From the NCBI GenBank assembly GCA_013166775.1, contig JABLTJ010000017.1, positions 1 to 64,000 on the forward strand: a stretch of DNA of 64,000 nt, read 5' to 3'. The stretch comes from Promethearchaeati archaeon (GTDB taxonomy: Archaea > Asgardarchaeota > Heimdallarchaeia > Heimdallarchaeales > Heimdallarchaeaceae). Below the pieces are notes generated by a model. That model was not told the origin of the DNA. It made no database searches and saw only the letters and a list, made by a program, of their open reading frames with translations. The translations under genes and the position numbers were made by a program. This document shows positions 38,125-49,245 of the stretch, one piece after another; within the stretch, counting starts at the first letter, position 1, and the number at the start of each line of letters is the position of its first letter.

Positions 38125-41100
38125 GTGAAAAAAATAAGCCAGAATGGAAATCTATCTGTTGGTATGATGGCATATTTCAAGGATATAAATGAAAGTTTAC
38201 AGGAAATCTATACTGTAGCTTCACAAGCTAGAGAAAAAGGTCTTGATCCGTCTTTAGAGGTTGAAATTCCAATAGCAAAGGATATTGCTGATAGGGTTGA
38301 AGGTTTAATAGGTCCAGAAGGGATAGGAAAAAAGATCAGAGAACTTGAACAAAGTGGTCTTTCTCGAGAAGCTGTTGCTTTTCAAATTGCTGAGGAAATA
38401 TGTTCAGGAAAATTCATACAAGGTGATAAAGAACAATTAGCTGAACAGGCTTTACGTACATCACTCGCAGTTATTACAGAAAGTATAACCGCTGCCCCAT
38501 TGGAAGGGATAGCAAAAGTAAAAATAAAGAAAAACGACGACAATTCCGATTATTTAGCTGTATATTACGCTGGACCAATACGTTCCGCTGGTGGAACTGC
38601 GGCAGGGATGAGTGTTCTGTTAGCAGACTATATTCGAAAGAAATTATCAATAGAAAAATATCAGCCATCCCAAAGAGAGGTTGAAAGATATATTGAGGAG
38701 CTTGAACTATATAATAGAGTTAGTCATTTACAGCTTCCAACAACTAAAGATGAACAAAGATTTGCAGCTCAAAACATACCAATTGAAATAACGGGGGAGC
38801 CAACAGACAAAGTTGAAGTAACTGGAAATCGTGATTTAAGAAGGGTTGAAACAAACAGGCTTAGGGGAGGAGCTTGTTTAGTTTTTAACGATGGATTGGT
38901 AGGTAGAACAAAAAAACTCCAAAGACGTATTATTGAAAATAATTTGGAGGGGTGGTCATGGTTTGAAGAGTTGATTGAACTTCACGAAAAAACTGATGTG
39001 TCTGCAGATAACGAAATAAGTGAAGGTTATGATATAAACGATGAGGTAGAATTAGACGCAGAAGTTAATGAAGACGAAGTTTCAGCTGATATGGGTTATA
39101 TAAAAGATGTAATTGGGGGAAGACCAGTATTTGCTCATCCATCAGTAAAGGGTGGTTTCAGAATAAGATACGGTCGTTCTCGAACAACTGGTCTTGCAGG
39201 TATGGGTATTCATCCTGCTTTAATGGGGGTTGTTAATGACTTCTTAGCTTGTGGAACTCACGTGAGAACTGAAAGACCTGGTAAAGGGGCAATAGTAATG
39301 CCCGTAGATACTATACATCCTCCTATTGTGAAATTAAAGAATGGTGATGTAATTAAAGTTCATAGCTATGACCAAGCAAAGAAACTCCAAGATAGCATAG
39401 AAGAAGTATTATTTTTAGGTGACATGCTGTATGGAGTAGGAGAATTCAATCAAAATAATTGTGATTTAATTCCAGCTGGCTATTGCGAAGAATGGTGGGC
39501 TCAAGAACTGGAAGAAGCGTTTGCTAGTCTTTCTTCTGAAGTGGAAAGCAATTTGAAAACGGAATCTAAAAAACGAATTATATCATTTATTGATGATCCT
39601 TATAACACAATACCAACTCCGGATGAAGCGATCAAGGTATCTCAAATATTTGATATTCCTTTACATCCTGAATATACATACCACTGGACAAGTATTTCCG
39701 TGAATGAATATGAACTTTTAAGGAAACATATTACGGAAAAAGGATCCTTTGAAAATCAAACGTTAAAAATACCCAATGAGGCAAGTATAAAGGAAATTTT
39801 GGAAACTTTATGTGTTTTTCATGAGATTAAAGATGGTTTTATTAATTTTGAAAAACATGGTTCCACTCTTAGTTATTCTTTAGGGATTCGCAATGAAATT
39901 CTTTTACCAATTAATAACAAAAAGGAAAAGATTCTGGATGTAATAAATTCATTTGATGATCTGAAAGTTAGAGATAAGTGCCCAATCTACACCGGTGGTA
40001 GAATGGGAAGGCCAGAAAAAGCCAAAGATAGACGCATGAGACCACCAGTTCATATGTTGTTTCCAATAGAAGAAGCGGGAGGTCGTTTAAGAGATCTCTT
40101 AACTGCATCTAAACAAAATAAAATTAGCATTGAATTATCACGACGAAAATGCCCCGTTTGTGGAGAATATACTCACAAAGTTCTATGTACTAAATGTAAT
40201 AAACCTACTTCCATAGTGAGATATTGCCAAAATTGTAATGTTCAAATAGATAAAGAAAAATGTCCAACTTGTGGAAGGGACACAAATGGTTATAGTCGCG
40301 TTAATTACCCACTTGAATCAAGAGTAAGGGAAATAAGACATAATCTAGGAGGGCCATTACCTCAGAAAGTGAAAGCTGTAAAAAAACTTATGAATAAAAA
40401 TAAAGCTCCAGAATTACTTGAAAAAGGGTTTTTAAGAGCTAAACATGATGTTTTTGTATATAGAGACGGAACCATCCGTTTTGATGCAACAGATGCTATT
40501 TTAACACACTTCAAATCAAAAGAGATAGGTGTTTCTATTCAACAATTACACAGTATTGGATATACAAGCGATATGTTCGGAAATCCTTTGGAAAAAGATG
40601 ATCAAATAATAGAGTTAAAAATCCAAGATGTGATACTAAACATTGATGGTGGAAATCATCTAGTAAAAATTGCGAATTTTATTGATGAGCTTCTCGAAAA
40701 AGTGTATAAATTGCCAAAATATTATAATGCTAAAAAACCAACAGATTTGATTGGTAGCATTATAATTGGTCTTGCTCCCCATACTTCTGCAGGAATTGTA
40801 GGACGAATTATAGGTTTCACAAAAGCTAAAGTAAATTTTGCTCATCCATATTGGCATGCAGCTAAACGTAGAAACTGTGATGGTGATGAAGATTCAGTTT
40901 TGCTTGGCCTTGATGCATTTCTCAACTTTTCAAAGAATTATCTTCCTAAAATTCGAGGAGGGCAAATGGATGCACCACTAATTTTAGTGTCAAATCTAAA
41001 TCCTCACGAAGTTGATGATGAATCTCATAATGTTGATACGTGCTCAAAATATCCATTGTCCTTCTATGAAGCTACTCAATCGAAAGCACCACCCAAATCT

Positions 41101-41688
41101 GTTATTACATTAATAGATATGATAAGCAACAGATTAAATGATGAAAGTGCTTATGAGGGTTTTCTGTATTCTCATGAAACATCTAAAATCTTTGATGGTC
41201 CTGAATCAACGACTTACAAGAATCTGAATAAAATGCAAGAAAAAGTAGATGCACAACTTAGCGTTGCAAGCTTAATTAAAGCAGTTGACGTTCAAGATGT
41301 TGCAACGAGAATCGTTGTAAACCATTTCATTCCAGATCTTATTGGGAATCTAAGAAGATTTGGTTCCCAGAAAATTCGCTGCACTAAGTGTAATAGAACT
41401 TATAGAAGGATACCTTTGGCTGGTGTCTGTCCAAATTGTAACATGCCTAATTTAAACTTAACAGTATTTGAAAAATCAGTAACCAAATATTTCAAAATGG
41501 CTGAAAATTTAATTAATAAGTACCATCTTTCAGAATATTTGAAGAATAGATTAGCAATAATAAAACATAACTTTGACTCATTGTTTGAGGGTATTGAAAT
41601 CGCAGAATCTGATTATACTAAAACTAAACCTCCAGAAATGGTGAAATTATCAGATTTCTTTATGAAACACAATTCGGAAAAGAGCTAA
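38125..41688 (+). CDS. polC: DNA polymerase D large subunit DP2
   Basis: AGPIRSAGGT, catalytic RRNCDGDED, zinc fingers; no intein evident. Confidence 0.97.
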   Translation: MKKISQNGNLSVGMMAYFKDINESLQEIYTVASQAREKGLDPSLEVEIPIAKDIADRVEGLIGPEGIGKKIRELEQSGLSREAVAFQIAEEICSGKFIQGDKEQLAEQALRTSLAVITESITAAPLEGIAKVKIKKNDDNSDYLAVYYAGPIRSAGGTAAGMSVLLADYIRKKLSIEKYQPSQREVERYIEELELYNRVSHLQLPTTKDEQRFAAQNIPIEITGEPTDKVEVTGNRDLRRVETNRLRGGACLVFNDGLVGRTKKLQRRIIENNLEGWSWFEELIELHEKTDVSADNEISEGYDINDEVELDAEVNEDEVSADMGYIKDVIGGRPVFAHPSVKGGFRIRYGRSRTTGLAGMGIHPALMGVVNDFLACGTHVRTERPGKGAIVMPVDTIHPPIVKLKNGDVIKVHSYDQAKKLQDSIEEVLFLGDMLYGVGEFNQNNCDLIPAGYCEEWWAQELEEAFASLSSEVESNLKTESKKRIISFIDDPYNTIPTPDEAIKVSQIFDIPLHPEYTYHWTSISVNEYELLRKHITEKGSFENQTLKIPNEASIKEILETLCVFHEIKDGFINFEKHGSTLSYSLGIRNEILLPINNKKEKILDVINSFDDLKVRDKCPIYTGGRMGRPEKAKDRRMRPPVHMLFPIEEAGGRLRDLLTASKQNKISIELSRRKCPVCGEYTHKVLCTKCNKPTSIVRYCQNCNVQIDKEKCPTCGRDTNGYSRVNYPLESRVREIRHNLGGPLPQKVKAVKKLMNKNKAPELLEKGFLRAKHDVFVYRDGTIRFDATDAILTHFKSKEIGVSIQQLHSIGYTSDMFGNPLEKDDQIIELKIQDVILNIDGGNHLVKIANFIDELLEKVYKLPKYYNAKKPTDLIGSIIIGLAPHTSAGIVGRIIGFTKAKVNFAHPYWHAAKRRNCDGDEDSVLLGLDAFLNFSKNYLPKIRGGQMDAPLILVSNLNPHEVDDESHNVDTCSKYPLSFYEATQSKAPPKSVITLIDMISNRLNDESAYEGFLYSHETSKIFDGPESTTYKNLNKMQEKVDAQLSVASLIKAVDVQDVATRIVVNHFIPDLIGNLRRFGSQKIRCTKCNRTYRRIPLAGVCPNCNMPNLNLTVFEKSVTKYFKMAENLINKYHLSEYLKNRLAIIKHNFDSLFEGIEIAESDYTKTKPPEMVKLSDFFMKHNSEKS

Positions 41689-41753
41689 TTATGAAGAAAT
41701 TCTACCAAACGAATCATTTTTAATTGTTTGAGGTTTTTTCAACTTGAAACATA

Positions 41754-42545
41754 ATGGGGAAGAAGGTAAACGATGATAATTCTATTTTGATGAGAGCCTT
41801 ATTAAATCCAAAAGGTAAGAATAAATACATTTACTCACTCATTTCATTTACTTTTGTTGTGCTATTAACAGTACTACTTTACTTGGTTCCTGACTACTAT
41901 TTTCTTGAAAAAATTACCAACAATACCGTTTTTGAAATACTTCAAATCTATAAATATGATGTTGTTTTCGATGGTTTTTACAGTGATAAAGATCCAGAGG
42001 GCACTTTCATAGTTGCAATAGTAAATATTCTGACTGGACTAGATGGACATAATGCTTTAACCCCTGTAATCAAATCAATAACTGCTTCACGAAGATTTGC
42101 TGTAGTGAGAGCATGTACTGGCATGCAAGCTGGTGCTCTTCTCATGGCTTTAATAATTGTTACTCCAGCAGATTTCTGGAACAAAGTGAAAGCTACTATA
42201 TATGCACTAATAGCATTAATTATTGGGAATTTCCTGAGGATTGCATTAGTTATAGGAATGACGGTGACTTTGCAAGTTACTTATGGTACTGGCCATGATC
42301 CTGCTTGGATGTGGGCACATGATGTTTTAGGAAAACCAATAGGTTTCTTTGGAACAATCTTTTTCGCACTTATAATTGAGAAGCAAGGCGTTCCTATCTT
42401 AAATACAGTCAGTATTTGGATTGACTCATTATTCGATTTATTCGGATTTATAGCTGTAAAACTTGGTCTTAATAAAAAACAGAAGAGTGAAACACCTGAA
42501 GAAAAGGCGCCTAAGAACATAGAAAACGAAAAGCCTCCGCCTTAA
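41754..42545 (+). CDS. Archaeosortase/exosortase family protein
   Basis: Multi-transmembrane protein with a Cys (ACTG), Arg (NFLRI), His (AHD) triad. Confidence 0.8.
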   Translation: MGKKVNDDNSILMRALLNPKGKNKYIYSLISFTFVVLLTVLLYLVPDYYFLEKITNNTVFEILQIYKYDVVFDGFYSDKDPEGTFIVAIVNILTGLDGHNALTPVIKSITASRRFAVVRACTGMQAGALLMALIIVTPADFWNKVKATIYALIALIIGNFLRIALVIGMTVTLQVTYGTGHDPAWMWAHDVLGKPIGFFGTIFFALIIEKQGVPILNTVSIWIDSLFDLFGFIAVKLGLNKKQKSETPEEKAPKNIENEKPPP

Positions 42546-42701
42546 TAACCCTTCTAATTCTTTATTTCAGTGGAAATTTTTTGTCTTATTTCTGTATTAT
42601 TCTAATACTTGGTTACTAAAAAAATAAACTGGATACTTTGATAACTTTTATTAAACGTAATTATATATATAACTCGAGCATAGTTAGAGTGTGAAGATAT
42701 A

Positions 42702-43583
42702 ATGAGATATCTAGAAGTCCAAGAGGACGGATCTTTGGTTGAAGCACAAGAATTAGATCTTATTGCGGAAAAAGTTCTAATTATTGTAGATGAAGATGAA
42801 AAAAGAATGTGGCTATGGAAAGGATCAAGCTGTCCAATAAGAAAAAAATTCATTGGAAGTAGAGCTCTTTCAGATTTGAGAAAAAAAGAATATGGATTTG
42901 CTTACATTCCACAAACTTGTGATCAGAATGATGAAACTGCAGAATTTGTTGCTATGGTGAAAAAAATCGGTAAATCAAGTCTAGTTGCAGATAATGTAGT
43001 TCAAAGAGCTGAAGAAATTATAGAGAGACAAAGAAAAATAAATGTGTTTGAAGAAGCTTCTAAAGCTGAAGAATCTACTCAAACTGTTGCTGTTTCAGAT
43101 GATGAAACAAGACTTAAAGATCGACCTGCACAGGTTTCTTCTTCGCAATTACCTACTCATATGGCTAAAATGGGAGCCCCAGGTAATCGTCCAATGCCAA
43201 CTATCCTATCTGCATTGGAATCAGATTCCATGGAAATCAAAAAACCTGAACCTTCAGTTGAAATTAAGGACAATTTACTAGAAAAATCATTTGAGGTTCT
43301 AAGGGATTTGGGTGCTCCAAAAGGTTTCTTCAGAGATCTAGTTATAATTGGTAACAAGGTGTTTACTGAAACCTACAAAGGAGCCTTTGAAGAATTAGAT
43401 GAACCACCTGAGGGAATTTTCTTTTCAAGTTCCCATGTTCCTAGAATGATTTGTGAAAATGGTTTTGTTAGAGCTATCGAATTTCTAAAACCAGAAGAGG
43501 GCGCTGAATTAAGCGAAGAAGATGAACAGTTATCACAAGATATAGAAGACTTGTTAGCGATGTTTGAAATTGAAGTGGGATAA
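42702..43583 (+). CDS. Gelsolin-like domain protein (Asgard type) with linker and C-terminal domain
   Basis: VLIIVD...MWLWKGSSC...KKFIG resembles the gelsolin core; acidic tail. Confidence 0.65.
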   Translation: MRYLEVQEDGSLVEAQELDLIAEKVLIIVDEDEKRMWLWKGSSCPIRKKFIGSRALSDLRKKEYGFAYIPQTCDQNDETAEFVAMVKKIGKSSLVADNVVQRAEEIIERQRKINVFEEASKAEESTQTVAVSDDETRLKDRPAQVSSSQLPTHMAKMGAPGNRPMPTILSALESDSMEIKKPEPSVEIKDNLLEKSFEVLRDLGAPKGFFRDLVIIGNKVFTETYKGAFEELDEPPEGIFFSSSHVPRMICENGFVRAIEFLKPEEGAELSEEDEQLSQDIEDLLAMFEIEVG

Positions 43584-43625
43584 TTAAATTTCCTACCCAC
43601 ATATTTATTTTTTACAGGTGATTAT

Positions 43626-43907
43626 TTGCAATTTCATAAAATTACAATTCTTCTTCATCCATCTATTTCATCAAGAGTTCATACTCTTGTCGGAGAAGTG
43701 AACGAAGAGACAACTATTTTGAAAGGCTTACTCTCTATATTATCAAAAGAAGAAGATATATTTAAGACACTGATTTCTGGAGATAACATTAGATATGGAT
43801 ATTTGATTCTTTCAGATAAAGTGGAGCTAAGGACTACAAAAAAAATAAACACAAAAATAAGCACTGATATGCAAATCAGAATAATACCCATATCTCATGG
43901 CGGTTAA
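43626..43907 (+). CDS. Ubiquitin-like sulfur carrier (Urm1/MoaD/SAMP)
   Basis: 93 aa ending in IPISHGG. Confidence 0.8.
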   Translation: MQFHKITILLHPSISSRVHTLVGEVNEETTILKGLLSILSKEEDIFKTLISGDNIRYGYLILSDKVELRTTKKINTKISTDMQIRIIPISHGG

Positions 43908-43995
43908 CAACACCTTAGGTACTTGAAGGATGACATGAAAAACTACTTTAGATATATTTTTAACTAAATCACAGCTGAACATTTTGTTTAAGTTT

Positions 43996-44081
43996 GCCAG
44001 GATAGCCAAGCGGACAACGGCGCTGGTCTTGAAAATCAGTTCCTTTAAGGATCCCGGGTTCAAATCCCGGTCCTGGCTCCA
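43996..44081 (+). tRNA. tRNA-Ser(TGA)
   Basis: Acceptor GCCAGGA/TCCTGGC, anticodon loop CT-TGA-AA, long variable arm, GGTTCAAATCC, encoded CCA. Confidence 0.93.
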
Positions 44082-44130
44082 TTCAACACGTTTCCTTATT
44101 AAAGAAGGAAAACAATCAAGAGGCGATAAA

Positions 44131-46212
44131 TTGTCCACTATTGAAGGCCCTTACATTCTTGGAATATCTGAAAAACCTCAAGCAGCTCAACGAATTGCTA
44201 GAGCTCTTGATAAGAATAACAAACCTGAACTTAACAGAATAAAGAATGTACCTGTGTATTTATGTCAAAGAGATGGCATTAAAATCGTTATTGCACCTGC
44301 TTTAGGGCATCTTCTTGCTCTCAGTTCAATCAGCAAAACTTGGAACTATCCTGTACTAGATTATGAATGGAAACCCAATTATGAAGTGAATAAAACAGCA
44401 AGAACTAAGAACTTCATAGATGTATTCAAGAGCTTATCAAAAAATGCAACAGACATTATTGTTATGACAGATTTTGATAGAGAAGGGGAAGTAATAGGTT
44501 ATCTAATTCTGAAATATATCTTAGGTAGAGACCAAGCAGAAAGAATGAAATTTTCTACACTAACAAGAAGAGATATAATTAAAGCCTATGACAATAGAGA
44601 AAAGACATTGGATTCAGGTTTTTTAAATTCGGGTTTAATACGACACTATGTTGATTGGTTATACGGAATTAACTATTCGAGAGCACTTAGTTCAGCTTTT
44701 AAACGAGTATCAGGGAGATTTAAAACAATTTCAATTGGTCGTGTACAAGGCCCAACCCTGAACTCAGTAGTGGAACTTGAAAACGAGATAAATATTTTTT
44801 TACCCATCCCTTATTGGACAATTGAAAGTGAAGTTATCCTTGAAAGTAAAAATTTCAAAGCATCTTATGAGAAATCAAGAATAAACAATCAGAAAGAGGC
44901 TTTTCAAATCGTAGATGATTGTAGAAGCTTAGTGGGCAAAATTAAAGATATTATTCAAGAGAAAAAATCAAGATATCCTTTTCCACCCTTCAATTTGGGT
45001 GATCTCCAGAGAGAAGCATATATTCACTTCAAATTTTCTCCACATAAAACGCTAGAAATAGCAGAGAAATTATATTTATCTGCTCTGATTTCCTATCCTA
45101 GAACAGATAGTCAAAAATTACCAATGACACTTGGTCACAAATCAATTCTTACAAAGCTTGAAAATCAAAATAATTACAAAGATTATGCTAATGAAATAAT
45201 TACATCAAAAAAGTTTAAACCTTCAGAAGGAAAGAAAATAGATGCTGCACATCCTGCGATTCACCCTACTGGAAACAAACCTGATAAGAGTTTTTCCTCA
45301 AGAGAAATAAAACTTTACGATTTAATTGTTAAACGATATTTATCCTTATTTGGAAAACCTGCGTTGTTTTCAAATAAATCTATTATTATCGAAATAAATA
45401 AACACAAATTTGAGGTAAAAGGTAGCGAAATTATAGATGAAGGATGGATTAGGTACTATAAGCCTTATTATTCTCTTAAAGAAAAGATTTTACCAGAAAT
45501 CGATATAGAAAACGAAATTATTTTTAATTTTATTGATGCAAAGGAACACTTTACTTCACCACCCTACCGATACAATGAATCAACACTTTTGAGAAAGATG
45601 GAAGATGAGAAGATAGGAACAAAAGCAACAAGAGCAGGAATAATTCAAACATTGTTTGCTAGGGGATATATAGAAGGAAGCATTATTAATGCTACACCTT
45701 TGGGATTAGCGGTTGTAAGCGTGCTTCAAGAACAATATCCAGTTTTAGTTAAATCCGAAATGACACGTAATCTAGAAGAAATTATGGAAAATGTTCAAGA
45801 TCAGAAGAAAGACATAGATAAAATTATACTGTCCATCAAAAAAGAATTGAAAGAAATGCTTGTTTCTTTTCATACAAAAGAGCTGGAAATTGGTTCGTCT
45901 CTTTATAACAACCTGAAAAAATCCGAAGGAAGCGAAATAATTGTTTTAGGAAAATGTATTGAATGTAAGAAAGGAGATTTAAGAATTATAAGATCCAAAA
46001 AAACAGGAAAAAGGTTCATCGCTTGCTCTTCATATTTTGATAAAGCTATTAAGTGCAATGCAACTTATCCTCTCCCAAGCACTGGAAGCATCAAAACCAC
46101 TGGTCAAAAGTGTTCATTTGATGGTTTACCCATCATAGAATGGAGAAAAGGAAAACTAAAGAAAATTATGTGCATCTCACCAGAATGTCCATCAAAAAAG
46201 AAAGGAGATTAG
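44131..46212 (+). CDS. topA: DNA topoisomerase IA (start moved to TTG 44131, downstream of the tRNA)
   Basis: Motifs SEKP, DFDREGE, GRVQGP, SYPRTDS; C-terminal Zn ribbons. Confidence 0.95.
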   Translation: MSTIEGPYILGISEKPQAAQRIARALDKNNKPELNRIKNVPVYLCQRDGIKIVIAPALGHLLALSSISKTWNYPVLDYEWKPNYEVNKTARTKNFIDVFKSLSKNATDIIVMTDFDREGEVIGYLILKYILGRDQAERMKFSTLTRRDIIKAYDNREKTLDSGFLNSGLIRHYVDWLYGINYSRALSSAFKRVSGRFKTISIGRVQGPTLNSVVELENEINIFLPIPYWTIESEVILESKNFKASYEKSRINNQKEAFQIVDDCRSLVGKIKDIIQEKKSRYPFPPFNLGDLQREAYIHFKFSPHKTLEIAEKLYLSALISYPRTDSQKLPMTLGHKSILTKLENQNNYKDYANEIITSKKFKPSEGKKIDAAHPAIHPTGNKPDKSFSSREIKLYDLIVKRYLSLFGKPALFSNKSIIIEINKHKFEVKGSEIIDEGWIRYYKPYYSLKEKILPEIDIENEIIFNFIDAKEHFTSPPYRYNESTLLRKMEDEKIGTKATRAGIIQTLFARGYIEGSIINATPLGLAVVSVLQEQYPVLVKSEMTRNLEEIMENVQDQKKDIDKIILSIKKELKEMLVSFHTKELEIGSSLYNNLKKSEGSEIIVLGKCIECKKGDLRIIRSKKTGKRFIACSSYFDKAIKCNATYPLPSTGSIKTTGQKCSFDGLPIIEWRKGKLKKIMCISPECPSKKKGD

Positions 46213-46216
46213 GATA

Positions 46217-46462
46217 ATGAAACCAAAGAACAAATCACTATGTCCAATTTGTAAAATTAATAAGAAAAATCCGAGTGACAAATATTGTAAAAACCATCTT
46301 CAAGCAAAAGAAGGATTACAGAAGGGATATGAATCCTGGTTAAAAGCATACAGCATTCTCTCTTGGGAAGATTACCTTAAACAACTCCTTGATTTAGGAG
46401 ATCAAGTTGGCAACTTAGTTCGAGATGTAGTAGAGTATGAATTTTACTTCAAAGAAAACTAG
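46217..46462 (+). CDS. Small Cys/His (Zn-binding) protein downstream of topA
   Basis: CPIC...YCKNH. Confidence 0.6.
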   Translation: MKPKNKSLCPICKINKKNPSDKYCKNHLQAKEGLQKGYESWLKAYSILSWEDYLKQLLDLGDQVGNLVRDVVEYEFYFKEN

Positions 46463-46498
46463 CTTAAATAATATCAATGTTCTTTGAGAACAGAATAA

Positions 46499-46738
46499 TT
46501 AAGAGAACAGAGCTGTATGAATTTGCTCTTTCTCAGGTAAGCCTTCAATTCTTGTTTTTCCCACAAAGATTGTTGGAATTGAAAAAATGTTGTTTAAACT
46601 CTTATTATTAACTTTGATGCTTTTGTATTGAAATAAACCATTATATTCCTCTAAAACAGCCTGTAATATTCCTTCTGCAATATTACAGTATGGACAATCT
46701 TCTGATATATAGAGAACTATTTCTTTCATTTCGTACAT
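46499..46738 (-). CDS. Glutaredoxin/thioredoxin-like protein
   Basis: CPYC and IPTIFVG. Confidence 0.85.
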   Translation of the reverse strand: MYEMKEIVLYISEDCPYCNIAEGILQAVLEEYNGLFQYKSIKVNNKSLNNIFSIPTIFVGKTRIEGLPEKEQIHTALFS

Positions 46739-46838
46739 TTTCTTTGTGTTGATATTAAAAAATCAACAAAAATTTTGGGACTAGCGTGAATGATATTCGA
46801 ATATTACACTTTGACTTTATTGAAAAAATATAATGTTA

Positions 46839-47132
46839 TTATATAGATTCACAGACACATGGACATTTATTGCATTCAGGACAAACGCCTTTATATTTCA
46901 GATTAAAAGCTTCATCTACGTCAATTTCGAATAGATTGGCAACGCTTAAGGTCCATGCTATAACGTCGGTTATTTCCTCTGAAATCTTATCATGGTTTTT
47001 AAGTAAGACAGCTTCAGAAAGTTCACCTAATTCCTCTACTAATCTAAGGACAGTTCTTTCCTCCCCTCGATTTAGATCTTTAGAAAAATATAGTTTCTTC
47101 ATTAATTCTTGAGCGGCTTTAATGATTCTCAC
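46839..47132 (-). CDS. MazG-like nucleotide pyrophosphohydrolase
   Basis: EELGELSEA...EEITDV; C-terminal CPEC..CPC. Confidence 0.85.
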   Translation of the reverse strand: MRIIKAAQELMKKLYFSKDLNRGEERTVLRLVEELGELSEAVLLKNHDKISEEITDVIAWTLSVANLFEIDVDEAFNLKYKGVCPECNKCPCVCESI

Positions 47133-47159
47133 ACCCAGTTTATATTTTAGTAAGAAGAG

Positions 47160-47345
47160 CTAAGTTCCTTGATAGAAAATATTCCCTATAATAACTGCAA
47201 GAATTAAAATTACGGAAAATCCAATGACATACCATGGTCCTATTTTAACTCCCGGTAAATCTTCATCATAATATCTCATTAAACCTGCTCCTGTAGCAGG
47301 CATAGGACTAGTATCTCTTTTCTTCTTTTTACTAGAGCTACTCAT
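47160..47345 (-). CDS. secG: Sec61-beta/SecG translocon subunit
   Basis: GAGLMRYYDE...KIGP followed by a single transmembrane segment. Confidence 0.9.
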   Translation of the reverse strand: MSSSSKKKKRDTSPMPATGAGLMRYYDEDLPGVKIGPWYVIGFSVILILAVIIGNIFYQGT

Positions 47346-47449
47346 TATAATCAAGAGCCCGTAGAAGCAGAGATATATATTATTTTTCATTTACTACTTC
47401 TTTTACAAAAATAGTATTCTAGTGTGAATTTCAGCCATTAAAAGAGCTT

Positions 47450-47542
47450 TGGCGACCCCGGCGCGATTCGAACGCGCGACCCCCAACTTTCTTCATTGAG
47501 CACATAGAAGGCTGGTGCTCTATCCAGCTGAGCTACGGGGTC
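47450..47542 (-). tRNA. tRNA-Arg(TCT) with a 16-nt intron at 37/38 (47489-47504)
   Basis: Acceptor GACCCCG/CGGGGTC; CCAGC-CT-TCT-A[intron]A-GTTGG; GTTCGAATC; CCA. Confidence 0.9.
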
Positions 47543-47657
47543 CTACGTTAATTTTATCACAAATTCATTATATCTTAAACTTTTTGTTGATAGGTTAGCT
47601 TTTATTTCTGTATTAGAAAATTATTTAATCACTAGCCAAATATAAACTTGCAGAATA

Positions 47658-49226
47658 ATGGATATTTCAAAAAAACTCCGGAAACTAATTGCTGAAGGTT
47701 ACCAACTTACTCCAGATGCATATTCATTTTTAGTTTCTTTGGACAACAGTGATTTAATTATTGAGAAGATACTTTCCACAGAAATCGATAAGGTTATACT
47801 CTCTTTAGAAGATATAAAACAGATACAAGTTAAAGATGAAGAACAAGTATCAATCAAAGATGTAAAACAAGAATCAAAGATGAAGAAAGATGAGAAAACA
47901 TCTAAAACTTCATCAGATAATGAAGTTCAGCAAAAAACAAAAAATAAAGAAAAGTCTACAATTATAAGTTCTAAAAAGGAAAAGATAGCTGCAGATTTAC
48001 AAGTAATTCAACACCTTGATACTAGAAAGAATCCTGCAACAGCACAAAGCTTCAGTAGTTATTTTGAAAGTCGTTTTGATTTAATAAGTGGATTTTTTAC
48101 GCGTCGTAAAGATATTACGAACAGAGTATCCACTAATCACCTAGATGCCAAAGCAAGTAAAGATAAAGTGTCTCTTTTAGCAATGGTTTCCTCGAAACAG
48201 AAAACAAGAAAGGGAAACATTATTTTAGAAATAGAAGATAAGCATGGCTCAATAACTGGTATTATTATGAATTCAAATATTGATCTTGTTCAAAAAGCTG
48301 AGTTTATCCTAGAAGATTCTGTTCTGTGCTTTCTTGGGAAATGGAATAAAGAAATACTTAACGTAAATGATGTTCTTTGGCCAGATATTCCTTTCAATCA
48401 CAAACCAAACAAATCTGCAGAAGCTGTTCTTGCTTTATTTATCTCTGATATCCATGTTGGTTCAAAGCATTTCGCTGGAGAGCTTTTCCTCCGTTTAATA
48501 AAGTTCATCAACGGACAACTTGAATCGGAGAAACATAATCAAATAGGAGAGAACATCAAATATCTCTTTGTAGGTGGAGACGTTGTGGATGGTGTAGGAG
48601 TGTATCCAGGTCAAGCTGATGATCTTCTTTTGGAAAATATTCAACTTCAATACCTACTCGCTGCGGAGTATTTTGAACAGATTCGAAGTGATGTGGAAAT
48701 AGTAATCATTCCAGGCAACCATGACGCAGCAAGATCAGCTGAACCTCAAACACCAATACAGAAAGAATTTGCTCCAGAATTACATGGTTTAGATAACGTT
48801 CATCTTCTTGGTAGTCCCGCATATTTGAAAGCTCACAATGTTGAAATTCTGATGTCGCATGGGAATTCAATTATGGACATTAATGCTGCTATCCCTGCTA
48901 TTCACCATGAAACTTCGATGCCAGCAATGGTGGAAATGCTGAAAAACAGACATTTAGTTCCAATATATGGAAGAAGAACACCGATTGCTCCAGAACCAGT
49001 AGATCAACTTGTCATAACAAAAATTCCTGATATATTTCATACAGGACATACTCACATTGCTGGAGATGAAACCTATAAGGGTGTCACACTTATTAATTCT
49101 GGAACTTTTCAATATCAAACTTCTTACCAAAAAAGCATGAATATAAATCCAACCACTGGTAAAACCTACCTCATAAATTTAAAGAATTTACAAAGGACAA
49201 TTATCGATTTTAATGAAATATCATAA
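47658..49226 (+). CDS. polB: DNA polymerase D small subunit DP1
   Basis: Motifs SDIHVGS, GDVVDG, PGNHD, HTGHTH. Confidence 0.95.
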   Translation: MDISKKLRKLIAEGYQLTPDAYSFLVSLDNSDLIIEKILSTEIDKVILSLEDIKQIQVKDEEQVSIKDVKQESKMKKDEKTSKTSSDNEVQQKTKNKEKSTIISSKKEKIAADLQVIQHLDTRKNPATAQSFSSYFESRFDLISGFFTRRKDITNRVSTNHLDAKASKDKVSLLAMVSSKQKTRKGNIILEIEDKHGSITGIIMNSNIDLVQKAEFILEDSVLCFLGKWNKEILNVNDVLWPDIPFNHKPNKSAEAVLALFISDIHVGSKHFAGELFLRLIKFINGQLESEKHNQIGENIKYLFVGGDVVDGVGVYPGQADDLLLENIQLQYLLAAEYFEQIRSDVEIVIIPGNHDAARSAEPQTPIQKEFAPELHGLDNVHLLGSPAYLKAHNVEILMSHGNSIMDINAAIPAIHHETSMPAMVEMLKNRHLVPIYGRRTPIAPEPVDQLVITKIPDIFHTGHTHIAGDETYKGVTLINSGTFQYQTSYQKSMNINPTTGKTYLINLKNLQRTIIDFNEIS

Positions 49227-49245
49227 AAAAGTATTTGAATCAATA

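Noticed and set aside
43827-44138. ORF 43827..44138 (-) and the N-terminal extension of topA from 43984
   Set aside because: Both overlap tRNA-Ser; topA more plausibly starts at TTG 44131.
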